Positions 27,238 to 39,363 of a stretch of DNA of 64,000 nucleotides are shown one piece after another; position 1 is the first letter of the stretch; every line of letters starts with the position of its first letter. This stretch comes from Octopus vulgaris. Its lineage: Eukaryota. The stretch is taken from positions 89,404,001 through 89,468,000 of the forward strand of contig OX597823.1 in assembly GCA_951406725.2 (NCBI GenBank). Reading direction: 5' to 3'. A program made the position numbers and the translations under genes. The notes below the pieces were generated by a model that was not told the origin of the DNA, searched no databases, and saw only the letters and a program-made list of their open reading frames with translations.

Positions 27238-28018
27238 TATTGTCTGACAGCGCTTCGCGTCGAGTTCGTTCGAATTTTCGAATTTTCGAATTTTCGCTTC
27301 GTTTCGTCTCTTATCCTCCCAGTATTGTTTTATAATATAATTATGACGCGAAATTCTCTCCCTTTGCTTTACCTTCCCCTCATTCTCTCCCTCTTCCTCA
27401 TCCTTCTCTCAGCCGCGTGTCTTCCTCTATCTATATCTCTCTCTCTCTCTCACTCCTCCTCACTTTCGTCACTGCTAATCCTTTTGCACGTTGCTGTCAG
27501 GCCGTAAGGTCATGTTTCCCTGCGCTCACCAGTACCTCTTCCGTCCCAGCCAGAACAAAGGCCTTCGTTTGTTTTTTTCTATTGTTTTCTTGTTTATTTT
27601 GATTTCTCGTATTGTATTTTATTTCTCGTTTTGTATTTTCTTGTATATGTATTTTTAATTTTTATCTTGTATTTTATTGTGCAGTTCTATTGTTACGTCC
27701 CGTTTGTGTTACATTTTTTCGTGCTTGTTTTACCCCTCTGCGAGGTTATTTTATTTTAATTCTCTCGCAGGAAGGCCTAGTATTGACGTGTCGTGTCCTG
27801 TCTTGCCTTCGAAACGCGCTAAGTCTACTAGTGACAGCTGATGAAGGGGATTTTTCCTTGTGTAGCATGTCCTGTATCTTGTTTTTCTGTTGTAAATAAT
27901 GTTTTTCCCGTTTTCGTTCGCGTCCTGTTCCACGTCTCTGTCTTTCTGTTGTAACAAAATGGCTTTTCCGTTTTCGTTTTTGTTGAGTTTTACGTCTTTT
28001 TGTGGTGTCCTGTACGTA
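27236..28018 (+). mobile_element. CpG-rich, pyrimidine-biased insert within (TA)n, probable retroelement terminal repeat
   Basis: Sharp boundaries against (TA)n on both sides. Contains the hammerhead half-motifs cGAAACGCG (~27810) and CTGATGA (~27838). Confidence 0.5.
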
Positions 28019-28104
28019 TATATATTTATATATGCATGTATATATACATGTAGATGTCGGTACGTACATATATGTTTGTATGTATGCATATATTTTATTT
28101 ATTA

Positions 28105-28149
<45 letters not shown>

Positions 28150-28230
28150 TATATACACACATATATATTGATATAGATACATGCACTTACATACATGCAT
28201 ACGCACATTCATATATATATATATAGATAA

Positions 28231-28261
<31 letters not shown>

Positions 28262-28727
28262 TAAATATTAAGCATATTTGATATACATAAATGTACGATT
28301 ATGCATGTGTGTGATTGTGTGTGTGTGATTGTGTGTGTGATTGTGTGTGTGTGATTGTGTGTGTGTGATTGTGTGTGTGAGTGAGTGTGTCTGCGTGCGT
28401 GTGTGTGTTATATAAATATATGTATATGTTATGTATAATGATTTAACATTAATATATTTTGCCGGAAAATATTTCGTATCTCCATTATATAAATTTACGT
28501 TATTTAATAAAGAATACTTATCTCGTTGCTCGCAATGCATTTCCACAGATTGCGAGATATTTCTACGTAAATATGAAAACTTACATATCTAAATCTAATG
28601 AAGACATGGGAACGTTACGTGCGCATATACACATATATACACAGTGGCATACAGAGATACACTTGCACACACAAATATATGGATACACGTCTATGTGTAT
28701 GTGACCATATATATATATATATATATG

Positions 28728-28765
<38 letters not shown>

Positions 28766-28768
28766 ATA

Positions 28769-28805
<37 letters not shown>

Positions 28806-28809
28806 TATA

Positions 28810-28891
<82 letters not shown>

Positions 28892-29103
28892 TGAGGAATC
28901 ATATATATTTGTAGATAGATGGATATGTATATATATATGTATATATATATATGTATATATATATATAACACTTCTTCACTCTCAGTATATATATATATAC
29001 CCACTACTACGAAACTATATATATATATTTGAAACCCACTATGTATATATATATATATAAAAATGTAATATATAAATAAATATCACAAATATATATTACC
29101 TCA

Positions 29104-29145
<42 letters not shown>

Positions 29146-29898
29146 ATATATGTATGTGTGTATGTATGTATTATGCATGTGTAGATCTGTATGTGTGTAT
29201 GCGAGTGTATGTACACCTATCTAATTATCTATCAATCTATCTATCTTTGAATATATATTTATATGTGTGAGTGTGTGTGTGAGAGAGAGAGGGGGAGGTG
29301 CGCGCGTGTGTGCGAGAGTGTACAGGAAGCAGTTCTGCAATATTGATTTAATATAAATATGATGCGTATCGTCTATATCAGATAATTCTTTTCTTTGGCT
29401 ACAAGCCAAAATTACATTTGAGTTAAATATTTTAATTACATAATGTCAATAATTATCTATGTTTTTACAAATTTGTATTGATTGTTTTAATTATAACAAG
29501 ATAAATTAGAAGCTGAACAGCAGCAACACCACTACATGAATAATAAATAATACGTTATAATAATTTCCGTTATTATTATAAGTATTGTTTAATTTTATCA
29601 TCATCATCGTCTTCATCAGCAGCAACAGCAGCATTGCTATTATAAGTCTCATTTACATTATTGTTCCCTAAGTAGAGTACCTTGCATTTAGGGTCTTTAT
29701 TATTCTTTTCTTGATGAAATCTTCTCTTGTCATTTTATATCTGTTGCTACATTTAAATTGTCGATCTTTTTGAAATCGGTGTATACCCCTCTTTTTGAGA
29801 GTTATATTTCGTCTCTTTTATTTTGTTCTTAATGCCTTGGGACCTTGTGAGCAATAAAGAAAATCATCATCACCATTATTATTATTGTTGTTGTTGTT

Positions 29899-30111
29899 AA
29901 GGCGGCGAGCTGGCAGAATCGTTAGCGCGTTGGACGAAATGCTTAGCGGTATTTCGCCCGTCACTGCGTTCTGAGTTCAAATTCCGCCGAGCTCGACTTT
30001 ACCTTTCATCCTTTTGGGGTCGATTAAATAAGTACCAGTTACGCACTGGGGTCGATATAATCGACTATCCCCCTCCCCCAAATTTCAGGCCTTATTCCTA
30101 TAGTAGAAAGA
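29899..30111 (+). mobile_element. SINE family B, near-consensus full copy
   Basis: aaggcggcgagctggcagaatcgttagc...gagttcaaattccgccgag...ccccctcccccaaatttcaggcctt...tagtagaaag. Confidence 0.9.
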
Positions 30112-30124
30112 ATTATTATTGTTG

Positions 30125-30305
30125 TTATTCTGAAAGACACTCGGATAGCTCTTAATTACCGGTTGCTTTTTACTTGAAATCAAGCAATAACAAAATCACC
30201 AAAGGTTTCAAGCAGTACCTCCTCCAGTGACTCACTTAGGATGCGAGCTGTATCCAACAATGCTGTCTTCTGGATCACCTTGAGCCTGACAGCAGCTCCA
30301 ATATT
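30125..30305 (-). mobile_element. R4/Dong-clade LINE 3' end
   Basis: Minus strand reads AVRLKVIQKTALLDTARILSESLE, matching the IQKxALLGTAxILR C-terminus, and ends next to (TAA/CAA)n. Confidence 0.65.
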
Positions 30306-30610
30306 TTTAAAATCACGAAAGCACATACCCGCTTCTTCGCTCTAACACTGGTCCCACGAAACCAAGGGCTTTGACAGTAGATGAAGGTCTGATAAAATCG
30401 CCCCAAAAGGCCTTTGTTGAAGGAAGAATCAAACACAAACGATTAGAGGTTGCCATATTTTTTTTAAATGGGACAAAATAGAAAATCTCTCATAAAATTA
30501 CACACAAAAAATATCGACACAAATATTAACACCGTCATCACAAGAAAACCAACTTTTACAAGCACATTCACAAACAGAAATTCATAAAATTCACGAAAAC
30601 AAAAGCAAAC

Positions 30611-30612
<2 letters not shown>

Positions 30613-30664
<52 letters not shown>

Positions 30665-30672
30665 ATCTATCT

Positions 30673-30742
<70 letters not shown>

Positions 30743-30771
30743 ATCTATCTATCTATCTATCTCTATCTCTA

Positions 30772-30816
<45 letters not shown>

Positions 30817-30870
30817 ATCTATCTATCTATCTATCTCTATCTCTATCTCTCTTTCTCTCTCTCTCTCTCA
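30613..30870. repeat. Compound (CT)n/(CTAT)n microsatellite with a higher-order unit repeated three times
   Basis: The block (ct)n-ttt-(atct)n-ctatctct recurs near 30661, 30740 and 30813. Confidence 0.85.
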
Positions 30871-31509
30871 CTCCCTCTATGGCTTTACAACCAATCGTAT
30901 CACTTTTCTCTCCGCACCTACTATGGGGCTCATTATGCCCAACAGGTTTATGCGGATATTACCAGACCACATATACACTTGAAATTATGCGTTATGAAAT
31001 TCCGACAGAAAATTAGATTGTATAGACTTATATAAGAACAAGTCACACAGAATGACGAAGCTTCCATACTCAGAGATATTGTAATCCACACAAAGAAGGA
31101 AAGCAAGGATAATAATACTGGATTAATCTTTGAATCAAAAGAAAAATCAAGATAACAGCTTCAACTGATGCATCAGAGCTAACAGATGAAAATGGATCTC
31201 TAAAAGAATTTTAGAAATTAAAGTTAATCGCTACATCAAAGTAGCTGCTCCAAATTACTAATTAGTAATTTTAGAAATTATCAAATAGAAGCAAATATAA
31301 ACGCAAAATAGAGAAGGCTTGTATCTGAGCACCGGAGAACTAAACAATCTCCTTAATAAGAGGCGCTTTGAGAATTATTAAAAGGCATGTAGACAGATAT
31401 ACTAGGCATACTAAACAGAAAACGGCACTAATAATCCTTCTCCAGCCACCCCTTGGAAAAACTCGCTGACGGTTCTGCCATCAGGTTGCCTGAATGATGA
31501 TGATATTTC

Positions 31510-31940
31510 ATTCTAATTTTGGCACAAGGCAAGCACTTATGGGGGTTAGTCTATTATATCGATTCCCGGGCTTAAGTGATGTTTATTCTTTCGCTTGCGA
31601 AAGGATGAAAGATAGAGTCGACCTCGGCAGAATTTAAACCCAGAATGTAAAAACGGACGAAATGACACTGAGCATTTTGTCCAGCGTGCTAAAGTTTATG
31701 TGAGCTTGCCGCCTTGATGATAATAGTACACGTTTCAATTTTTGGCACAAGGCCAGCAATTTCGGGAGAGGTGTAAGTCGATTTCATTCACCCCAGTGCT
31801 CAACTGGTACTTATTTTATCGACCCTAAAAGGATGAACGGCAAAGGCAACCCCGCGAAATTTGAACACAGAAGGTAAAGATACGAAAATACGCTAATCAT
31901 TTTGCCTGGTGTGTTAACGATTCTGTCAGCTCGCCATCTT
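31510..31940 (-). mobile_element. Tandem pair of SINE family B
   Basis: Two reverse-complement copies at about 31510-31715 and 31733-31940. Confidence 0.8.
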
Positions 31941-32003
31941 AGACAACAACAACAACAACAACAACAATAACAATAACAATAATAATAAGTATAATTATAA
32001 TAA

Positions 32004-32559
32004 TGCCCTAGTGCAGTACCAGACTGTGACTCTCATGGCTTTTGATCTTAACTGATTGGAAGTGTTATCATGTACATTGTTTTGTCTTGCTATAAAAGAT
32101 GGCCCACAGCAAATATCCTGCTCAATACCACAGATTTGCTTGTCACTTCTTTCATCTTAACCAGTTGAGCATTCCCCTAGTGATTGACAATATGTGCAAC
32201 TCTGATGACGAGCAGAAGTAGTTGTAGAGCCTCATAATCATGTGTTGAGGGGAATTCTTTGGGGTTTAGATAATTCATTCTGAAAAGATGGGTATTTTGT
32301 TCATCATTCTTAAAACAAACGTTATTCAGGGACCTTTTGAGCGGGATGGGTTATTCAACCTAAATAAAATTCTAACTGGCCGACCTGCAAGGTCATGCGC
32401 TGTTTAACTTGATATGAGATCATAATTTTACGCACATATGATTGTGATGCATGTGCCCAGTGTACCTTTATTAGACGGGTAAGTCATGATGGGTATATTG
32501 GGCTTCGTATATTTGTACCCCAGTGTCATTTTGATGGCATGCGCTGCTTCCTCACTCAA

Positions 32560-32560
<1 letters not shown>
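32004..32560. mobile_element. Dispersed repeat between (TAA)n and (AAG)n tracts, family unassigned
   Basis: tataaaagatgg..acagcaaatat.ctgctcaata.cacagatttgcttgtc recurs at about 47415-47530, also next to (TAA/CAA)n. Confidence 0.6.
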
Positions 32561-32590
<30 letters not shown>

Positions 32591-32630
32591 AAGAAGAAGA
32601 AGAAGAAGAAGAAGAAGAAGAAGAAGAAGA

Positions 32631-32946
32631 AGAAACTTTCAAAATACAAAGACCTAGAAATAAAGGTAACTAGAATGTGGAATCTAAAAACAGAAACAAT
32701 TCCTATCATAGAAGGCGCATTAGGTATGATAAAAATAATATTCAGACAAATACATAACAAAAACACCAGGATTTACAAATATATACAACATACAGAAAAT
32801 TGCACTACTAGGCACTGCACACATCCTACGTAAAACACCTTCAATGCAGTAACCATAAGAGCATCACAACAAACCACAGCACATATCCAAGGCACACAGA
32901 TCTGCGCTCGGTAGTGATGTGAAAGCACGATATAAAAATAAAACTA

Positions 32947-32950
<4 letters not shown>
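32631..32950 (+). mobile_element. R4/Dong-clade LINE 3' end (restriction-like endonuclease C-terminus) followed by (TAA)n
   Basis: KLSKYKDLEIKVTRMWNLKTETIPIIEGALGMIK, then after a frameshift IQKIALLGTAHILRKTP. The 3' UTR runs into (TAA)n, the known Dong target. Confidence 0.8.
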
Positions 32951-32994
<44 letters not shown>

Positions 32995-32996
32995 CA

Positions 32997-33203
32997 TTTC
33001 TACTATAGGCAAGGGCCTGAAATTTGGGGGAGGGGACTAGTAGATTACATCGATCCAGTGTTTCACTGGTACATAATTTATCGATCCCGAAAAGATGAAA
33101 GGCAAAGTTGACCTCGGCGGAATTTGAACTCAGAACTTAGCGAGAGACGAAATACCACTAAACATTTTGTCCGGCCTACTAACGGTTCTGCCAACTCACC
33201 GCC

Positions 33204-33205
<2 letters not shown>
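32997..33205 (-). mobile_element. SINE family B within (TAA)n
   Basis: Reverse complement of the family B consensus, flanked by TAA repeats. Confidence 0.85.
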
Positions 33206-33276
<71 letters not shown>

Positions 33277-33793
33277 CAACAACAACAACAACAACAACAA
33301 TAACAACATCAACAAGTATAATGATTAGTTTTATTGGCCAAAATGACCAAGATATTGAATACAATATAAAGGGACGAAATAAAGAGAGGAATTTAATTCC
33401 GAGTGTAAAAGACCAGAACCAAAGAAGCAAGAGACATTTTCCTGTGCTCTAATGCTTCTGCTAGCTCGCCATCTTTCTGGCAGACATACAACACAAGAGT
33501 AGTATAACAACACTTCAACAACCCGATATACATATCTCAGATTACTGTGACTCTACCTCCCTATAATTATTTACTGTTTCACCTGTAAGCTCTGCAAGTC
33601 AGAATACGTCCATGAAACTAGAGAGCGGTTAAGTTTATTATTGACAATCAAGGTTATTATTTAACTGAACGCCTCTTCAGAACAACATCCAGGACAACAT
33701 AAATTATTTTCCAAACCGATGTCTACATATTTCAGTTTGCTTGGACCGCTTAATGAACCACCTGTGAACCACCTGTTTTTGGTATATTTACGT

Positions 33794-34150
33794 AGGCGCA
33801 GGAGTGGATGTGTGGTAAGTAGCTTGCTTACCAACCACATGGTTCCGGGTTCAGTCCCATTGCGTGGAACCTTGGGCTAGTATCTTCTACTATAGCCTCG
33901 GGCCAACCAAAGCCTTGTGAGTGGATTTGGTAGACGGAAACTGAAAGTAGCCCGCCGTGTGTGTGTTTGTCCCCCCACCATAGCTTGACAACCGATGCTG
34001 ATGTTTACGTCCCGGTAAATTAGCGGTTCGGCAAAAGAGACCGATAGATTAAGTATTTGGTTTACAAAGAATAAATTCTGGGGTCGATTTGTTCGACAAA
34101 AGCGGCGCGCCAGCATGACCTCTGTCAAATGACTGAAACAAATAAAAGAG
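33794..34150 (+). mobile_element. SINE family A, full-length (tRNA head, CORE-like ccttgggc segment, internal (TG)n, LINE-like tail)
   Basis: A-box-like gtggatgtgtggtaag, B-box-like ggttcagtccc, and tail gcggcgcgccagcatgacc...gtcaaatgactgaaacaaataaaaga. Confidence 0.9.
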
Positions 34151-34343
34151 ACTACATATAAGTAAGTGTACACAATGTATGTATATGATTTTACTGCTAC
34201 TGACTTCGAAGGTTCTCAAAGAAATTCAATAAAATTATTGAAAATGTCAGCGACCACACTTGATTTGAGTAAATTGTCCAGAAAAGTAAACAACTAGAGA
34301 CAGAGGCAGGTGAGGGGACAATAGTTTCATTGTCAGGAAGAGT

Positions 34344-34379
34344 CTTTGACGTTTCAAGCCTGCTCTCTTCTACAGAAAG
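34344..34379 (-). ncRNA. Minimal hammerhead-like motif with CUGU core
   Basis: Minus strand: cttt-CTGTAGA-A-gaga-gcag-gctt-GAAAC-GTC-aaag. Stem I is cttt/aaag. Confidence 0.5.
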
Positions 34380-34450
34380 GAATGGGAAAAGAAAACAAAT
34401 GGAGAAGGAAAAACTGTAAGAGGAAAACGTGTCTGGATTGACGGTTGAAC

Positions 34451-34507
<57 letters not shown>

Positions 34508-34584
34508 ACATACATACATACATACATACAAATATATATATAAATATGTGTGTGTGCAAGCACATTTCCACTTATACGCGTGCT

Positions 34585-34686
<102 letters not shown>

Positions 34687-35137
34687 CAAATATATGTGTA
34701 TATGTGTTTTGTGCGTGTATGTGTGTGTGTGTGTGTATGAGAGAAAGAGAAAGAGAGAGAGAGTAAACCATAAAAAATGCAGACCGGATTATATTATTTC
34801 CAATATCCCCAATATCAGAGTCGTCGATGGCGGCAGCCTAAATCACATATACAAGGAACAGCGTTAGAAATGTTTAAACAACTTCGATCGATTTCCAAAT
34901 TCAATAATAACATTTCCATTTTTATATTAACAGATAATCTCATGCGAGAGCCACAATTAAAGAGTTAGACGATTCACAGAAGATAAGCTAATTGACTGCA
35001 ATGTGCTGAATGGACCAATTGTGTTTTGCTTATTATCTATAGCGGTTCTGACGTTAAACTAATTAAACCTCTTTTAAAATCTTCTGACATGTATTTAAAG
35101 TATGACGCCAACTGAAATAAAAATTTCTTTCTGCGGG

Positions 35138-35385
35138 AAGCCTAGTGGTTAGGGTGTTGCGCTCACGATCTTACGATTGTGGTTTTGATTTCTGGATTGG
35201 GTAGTGCGTTTTGTTCTTGAGCAAAAGACTTCATTTCACGTTGCTCATCTCTACTCAGCTAGGAATGAGTTACAGCAATAGCTGTAAAATTAGTTCTGCG
35301 ACGGACTGTCATCCTGTTCAGGGGCAGGGTTCTAGTCTTAGTCATTTATACGCCATAGAAAATGGTTAAACTCCGGCCTCATGAC
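35138..35385 (+). mobile_element. Old tRNA-derived CORE-like SINE (family C)
   Basis: gcctagtggttagggtgttg...ggttttgatttc...gttcttgagcaaaagacttcatttcacgttgctc. Confidence 0.6.
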
Positions 35386-36309
35386 AAATCTGTCTAAGTC
35401 ATCTCCGACTGCATGCTACTCTACAAACACATATATGTTAGTGATCAGTAATATAATCCATTTTCCTATAAGAACACCAAGGAAATTAATGTAAGATTAT
35501 TGTGGTTATTACCTAATCCCTCTAGTGCCAGTCATCTCGGACGAAGTCATTCTTCTCTAAGTCTTGCTAAAAGAAATTACGTACTGGCGAATGTCTCGGT
35601 TAGAGCAGTGAGCAAATCCAACACACAGATGAAGTCAGTAAGGGTGGTGTCTCCATAATCAGGAAACGAGAATGATCTGATATGGTCCGGTGATTATAAT
35701 ATATTCATCAAACAATGGTTGCTAGAATTAAATTGATCTGTTTAATTTGCACAACAATAAAAGTTTTAGCAAAGCGAATTAATCGATTATAATAGAACGC
35801 CGAGACTATAACGAAGAGCTGGACAAGAGCCCAACGAAGGGAAACAACGCAACGTTCGACAAGATTTACAAAAGGATCTGAAACAATCATCTGAGAATAG
35901 ACGCAAAGATAAACGTGTACAGAACCATTGTGCTAACCACCTTCTTGTATGAATTGTGAGTAACTGACCGTCACCATGTGCAACTTCTTCAATGCTTCCA
36001 CAGTACTTCGTTCGCACTATCCACTGGAAAAACGTCGTTATCAACAGTAAAGTCCTCGGCTAGTCAGACGTTACCAAATAGCAGGTATGCTGTTAGTGAA
36101 GAAGCTGCACTAAGTTGGGTGTTTCCAGGATGGAGTTTCATCGACTGCCTGAGATTTTGGTCTGTGGCAATGAAACATATGTAATGGTAAATAAAAATAC
36201 CGAAAGTTTTTTTTTTTCCTATCTGCTGTTTTGATATGTAATCTCTCTGTAAAAACTATTTACTAGAATTTTCAACTCTTATGCATACCTCTCACAAATA
36301 TAACAACTA

Positions 36310-37593
36310 CAGGGGCTGGACGAAATAATGGAAACACCTTAAAATTTCAAACAAATTTATTTTAATATGGGGTTGAACCGCCTTTGGCAGTAATTACAGC
36401 TTGAATTCTACGAGGTATTGACTCGTACAAAGTTGGAATTACTTCCAAAGAAATTTTTGTCCATTCTTCAGCTAAAACAGTCTCCAGTTCTTGTAGTGAT
36501 GATGGTGGAAAATATCGACTCCTTACATGTTTTTTTTTTCTATAATGCACTATAAATGTTCAATAATATTGAGATCTTGGGTCTGTGGTGGCCAGATAAG
36601 ATGTTCAACTTCATGAGAATATTCATCGTGCCATTCAGTAACAACTTTAGCTGTGTGAATTGGTGCATTATTGGTGCATTATTAGTGAATTGGTGCGTTC
36701 ACCTCCGGAAACAGTTCTGCAACCATAGGATGAATTTGATCAGACAAAATGCTTAAATAGTCTTGACGTTTAATTCTGCTATGAAAGGAAACTATTGGGC
36801 CGGCAGATTTCCAAGATATAGCTCCCCCACCCCCGATCATCACAGATCCTCCACCATGTTTTACAGTTGGAAGAAGGCAGTCTAGGTCAAATGCTTCTTT
36901 TGGCTGTCTCTACCCGTATACTCGGCCGGTGATCGGAAATAGGCTAAAGAATGACTCGTCCGAGAAAATAACATTCTTTCGCTGCTCTAGGGACCAATTA
37001 TGTAGATTTTTACTCCAATCTAAACGCTTTACAACGTATGTTTTTGAAAGTAGTGGTTTTCTGATTGCAGCTCTCCCCTGAAATCCGGCTTTGTGCAGCA
37101 CCCGGGGACGTTTTTGTGGAAACTGGGTTCTCGAGGTAGTCATTAAGCTCTGCAGCAATTTTGGGAGCTGTACTTTTGTGATCCTTTCTAACAATTCGTG
37201 TAAGAGTCCGATGGTCCCTATCTGAAAGCTTTGGTTTTCTTCCGGCGGAGTTTTGTTTCGACGAAGACTCTTTCTCAAAGGTAGTAATTACTTTCGAGGC
37301 AGTACTTCTTGAAAGACCAAACATTTTGGGTGTTTTTTGTTACGCTAGCGCCTGCCATACGAGCACCAACAATTTGACCTCTTTGAAAGTCCGATAGATC
37401 TGTCATTTAAATGAATTTTAAATACCCTTTTCTGATGATATCTGAAAAGGAACAGCAATTTTAGCAAAACATATTAAGCAACGCTAATAATAAATTAAAA
37501 CATAAAAATAAACAAGCTTTTGACAGTTTTATAGATATTTCAAAATTACGATGCTTTAATGCTAGGTGCTTCTACTATTTTGTCCAACCCCTG
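36310..37593 (-). mobile_element. Tc1-like DNA transposon, full length (~1.28 kb)
   Basis: TA|caggggctggacgaaataatggaaacacc ... ggtgcttctactattttgtccaacccctg|TA TIRs with a TA TSD. Confidence 0.92.
36362..37406 (-). pseudogene. Tc1 (DD34E-type) transposase pseudogene
   Basis: MTDLSDFQRGQIVGARMAGASV, GRKPKLSDRDHRTL, VIFSDES, NNAPIHTAK, WPPQTQDLNIIEHL and LYESIPRRIQAVITAKGGSTPY*, with several frameshifts. Confidence 0.9.
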
Positions 37594-37712
37594 TACGTTC
37601 AACTCTGGAGTACTGGAATAAGCATATGCGCTTATATATATATATGTTTGTGTGTGTGTACAAACGCATACACACACACACATATATATATATACATTTA
37701 TTTATGTATATA

Positions 37713-37748
<36 letters not shown>

Positions 37749-37885
37749 CATATACACACATAGATACATAGATAGATACATATATATAAACACACACACG
37801 TATACAGAGATAATCATATATACAGATGTAGAGATATAAATATAAGGCGTTTAAATATAAGTATATGAATTAATTGATTGATATG

Positions 37886-37961
<76 letters not shown>

Positions 37962-38035
37962 AACAGGTATTTTAATATGCTGCCACATTTTTTTATGGAA
38001 ATTTTTCTGTAAAAAAACTTCATCCTATATTAGTA

Positions 38036-38078
<43 letters not shown>

Positions 38079-38294
38079 CACAATTAAAGGTTACAAACCT
38101 CATTCAGGGATAGCAAAATCCTATGAAAGTACTGGTTAACTACCTAGACAAAGAGTATTGAATATTATATTTAATAGTCCACTGCAAGGCAACTATACAA
38201 TCCGTGGTTTATATATATTTTATTTATTATAATAAGGTGAGAGAATAGAAAGGTAATTAATTATTATTTATTAATTTAATAATTGCCAAACATC

Positions 38295-38375
38295 CCTTAC
38301 AACTGTTTCAATCAGGCTGCCAGAAAATTAATTAATTAAATTTAAATTTATTTGTAAGTCGTATCTCTTCAGAGG
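38295..38375 (-). ncRNA. Hammerhead ribozyme motif, left arm of palindrome
   Basis: Minus strand: cct-CTGAAGA-gat...(AT-rich)...att-GAAAC-agtt-GTA-agg. Stem I cct/agg is intact and stem II is weak. Confidence 0.6.
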
Positions 38376-38497
38376 TAGATAAAGGTATACAAAGTAGGTG
38401 TTCAATTTCCTCATATTGAGTAAACGGCTGTAAACCGGTTTGCAGACGTTTACTCAATATGAGAAAATTGAACACCCACTTAGGATAACTTTATCTA

Positions 38498-38575
38498 CAT
38501 CTGAAGAGATACGACTTTCAAATAATTTTAAATATAACTAATTTTCTGAAAGCCTGAATTGAAACAGCTGTAAGG
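38498..38575 (+). ncRNA. Hammerhead ribozyme motif, right arm of palindrome
   Basis: cat-CTGAAGA-gatacgactttca...tgaaagcctgaatt-GAAAC-agct-GTA-agg. Stem III ACAGCUGU is palindromic. Confidence 0.6.
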
Positions 38576-38682
38576 GATATTTGTCATTTTTTAAATTAAG
38601 AAATAATAATTTATTTATTACCTTTCTATTCTCTCATCTTATTATTATAATAAATAATATATATATAATAAATATATATATA

Positions 38683-38768
<86 letters not shown>

Positions 38769-39323
38769 AATATATATGCACATTATGAGAACATAACTAG
38801 CGATGATAAATGATATAATGTTACAGGTTTAAAGTGTTAAAAAGTGTTTCTAATGTAGTGTGAGCATGTTACTCAAAGTTCACACGGTTTATTGACATTT
38901 CCAGTTAGCTAACATGCTTTGAATATTTTCTACCCAATCTTTCACCTCTAAGCATTTATATTAACCTATACGTTGTAATTTAGTTAAATAAAATCGACTC
39001 ATTTGAATTAGTGAATACTAGGAGTAGTTAATACATATTGGATATTTATTATTACTTGTTAAGTCACCACTTACATTTTCTCTGTCCATCATGTAACATT
39101 ATATCGTTTATTATTCTTAGTTATGTATCCTTAATTATATTTATATTTTTATATCTATATGCCTGTATATATGTTTATATCTGTGTATATATGCACGCGC
39201 GTATGTGTGTGCGTGTGTATAAATGTGATGTGTCTATATACATAAATATATATATGTTTGTGAGAGTGTTTGCGTGTGTACATGTGTGTACACACGTAAA
39301 TGAATGTATCCGTGAGTGTCTAC

Positions 39324-39363
<40 letters not shown>

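Larger units (their letters stand above)
38212..38660. repeat. Spacer-less fold-back palindrome (~225-bp arms) between (TA)n tracts
   Basis: Centre aaaccggttt at 38436/38437. Arms match throughout, e.g. aaggtgagagaatagaaaggtaat (38234) versus attacctttctattctctcatctt (38617). Confidence 0.9.

Noticed and set aside
32486-32833. Poly-lysine protein ORF
   Set aside because: An (AAG)n tract fused in frame to an R4/Dong LINE fragment.
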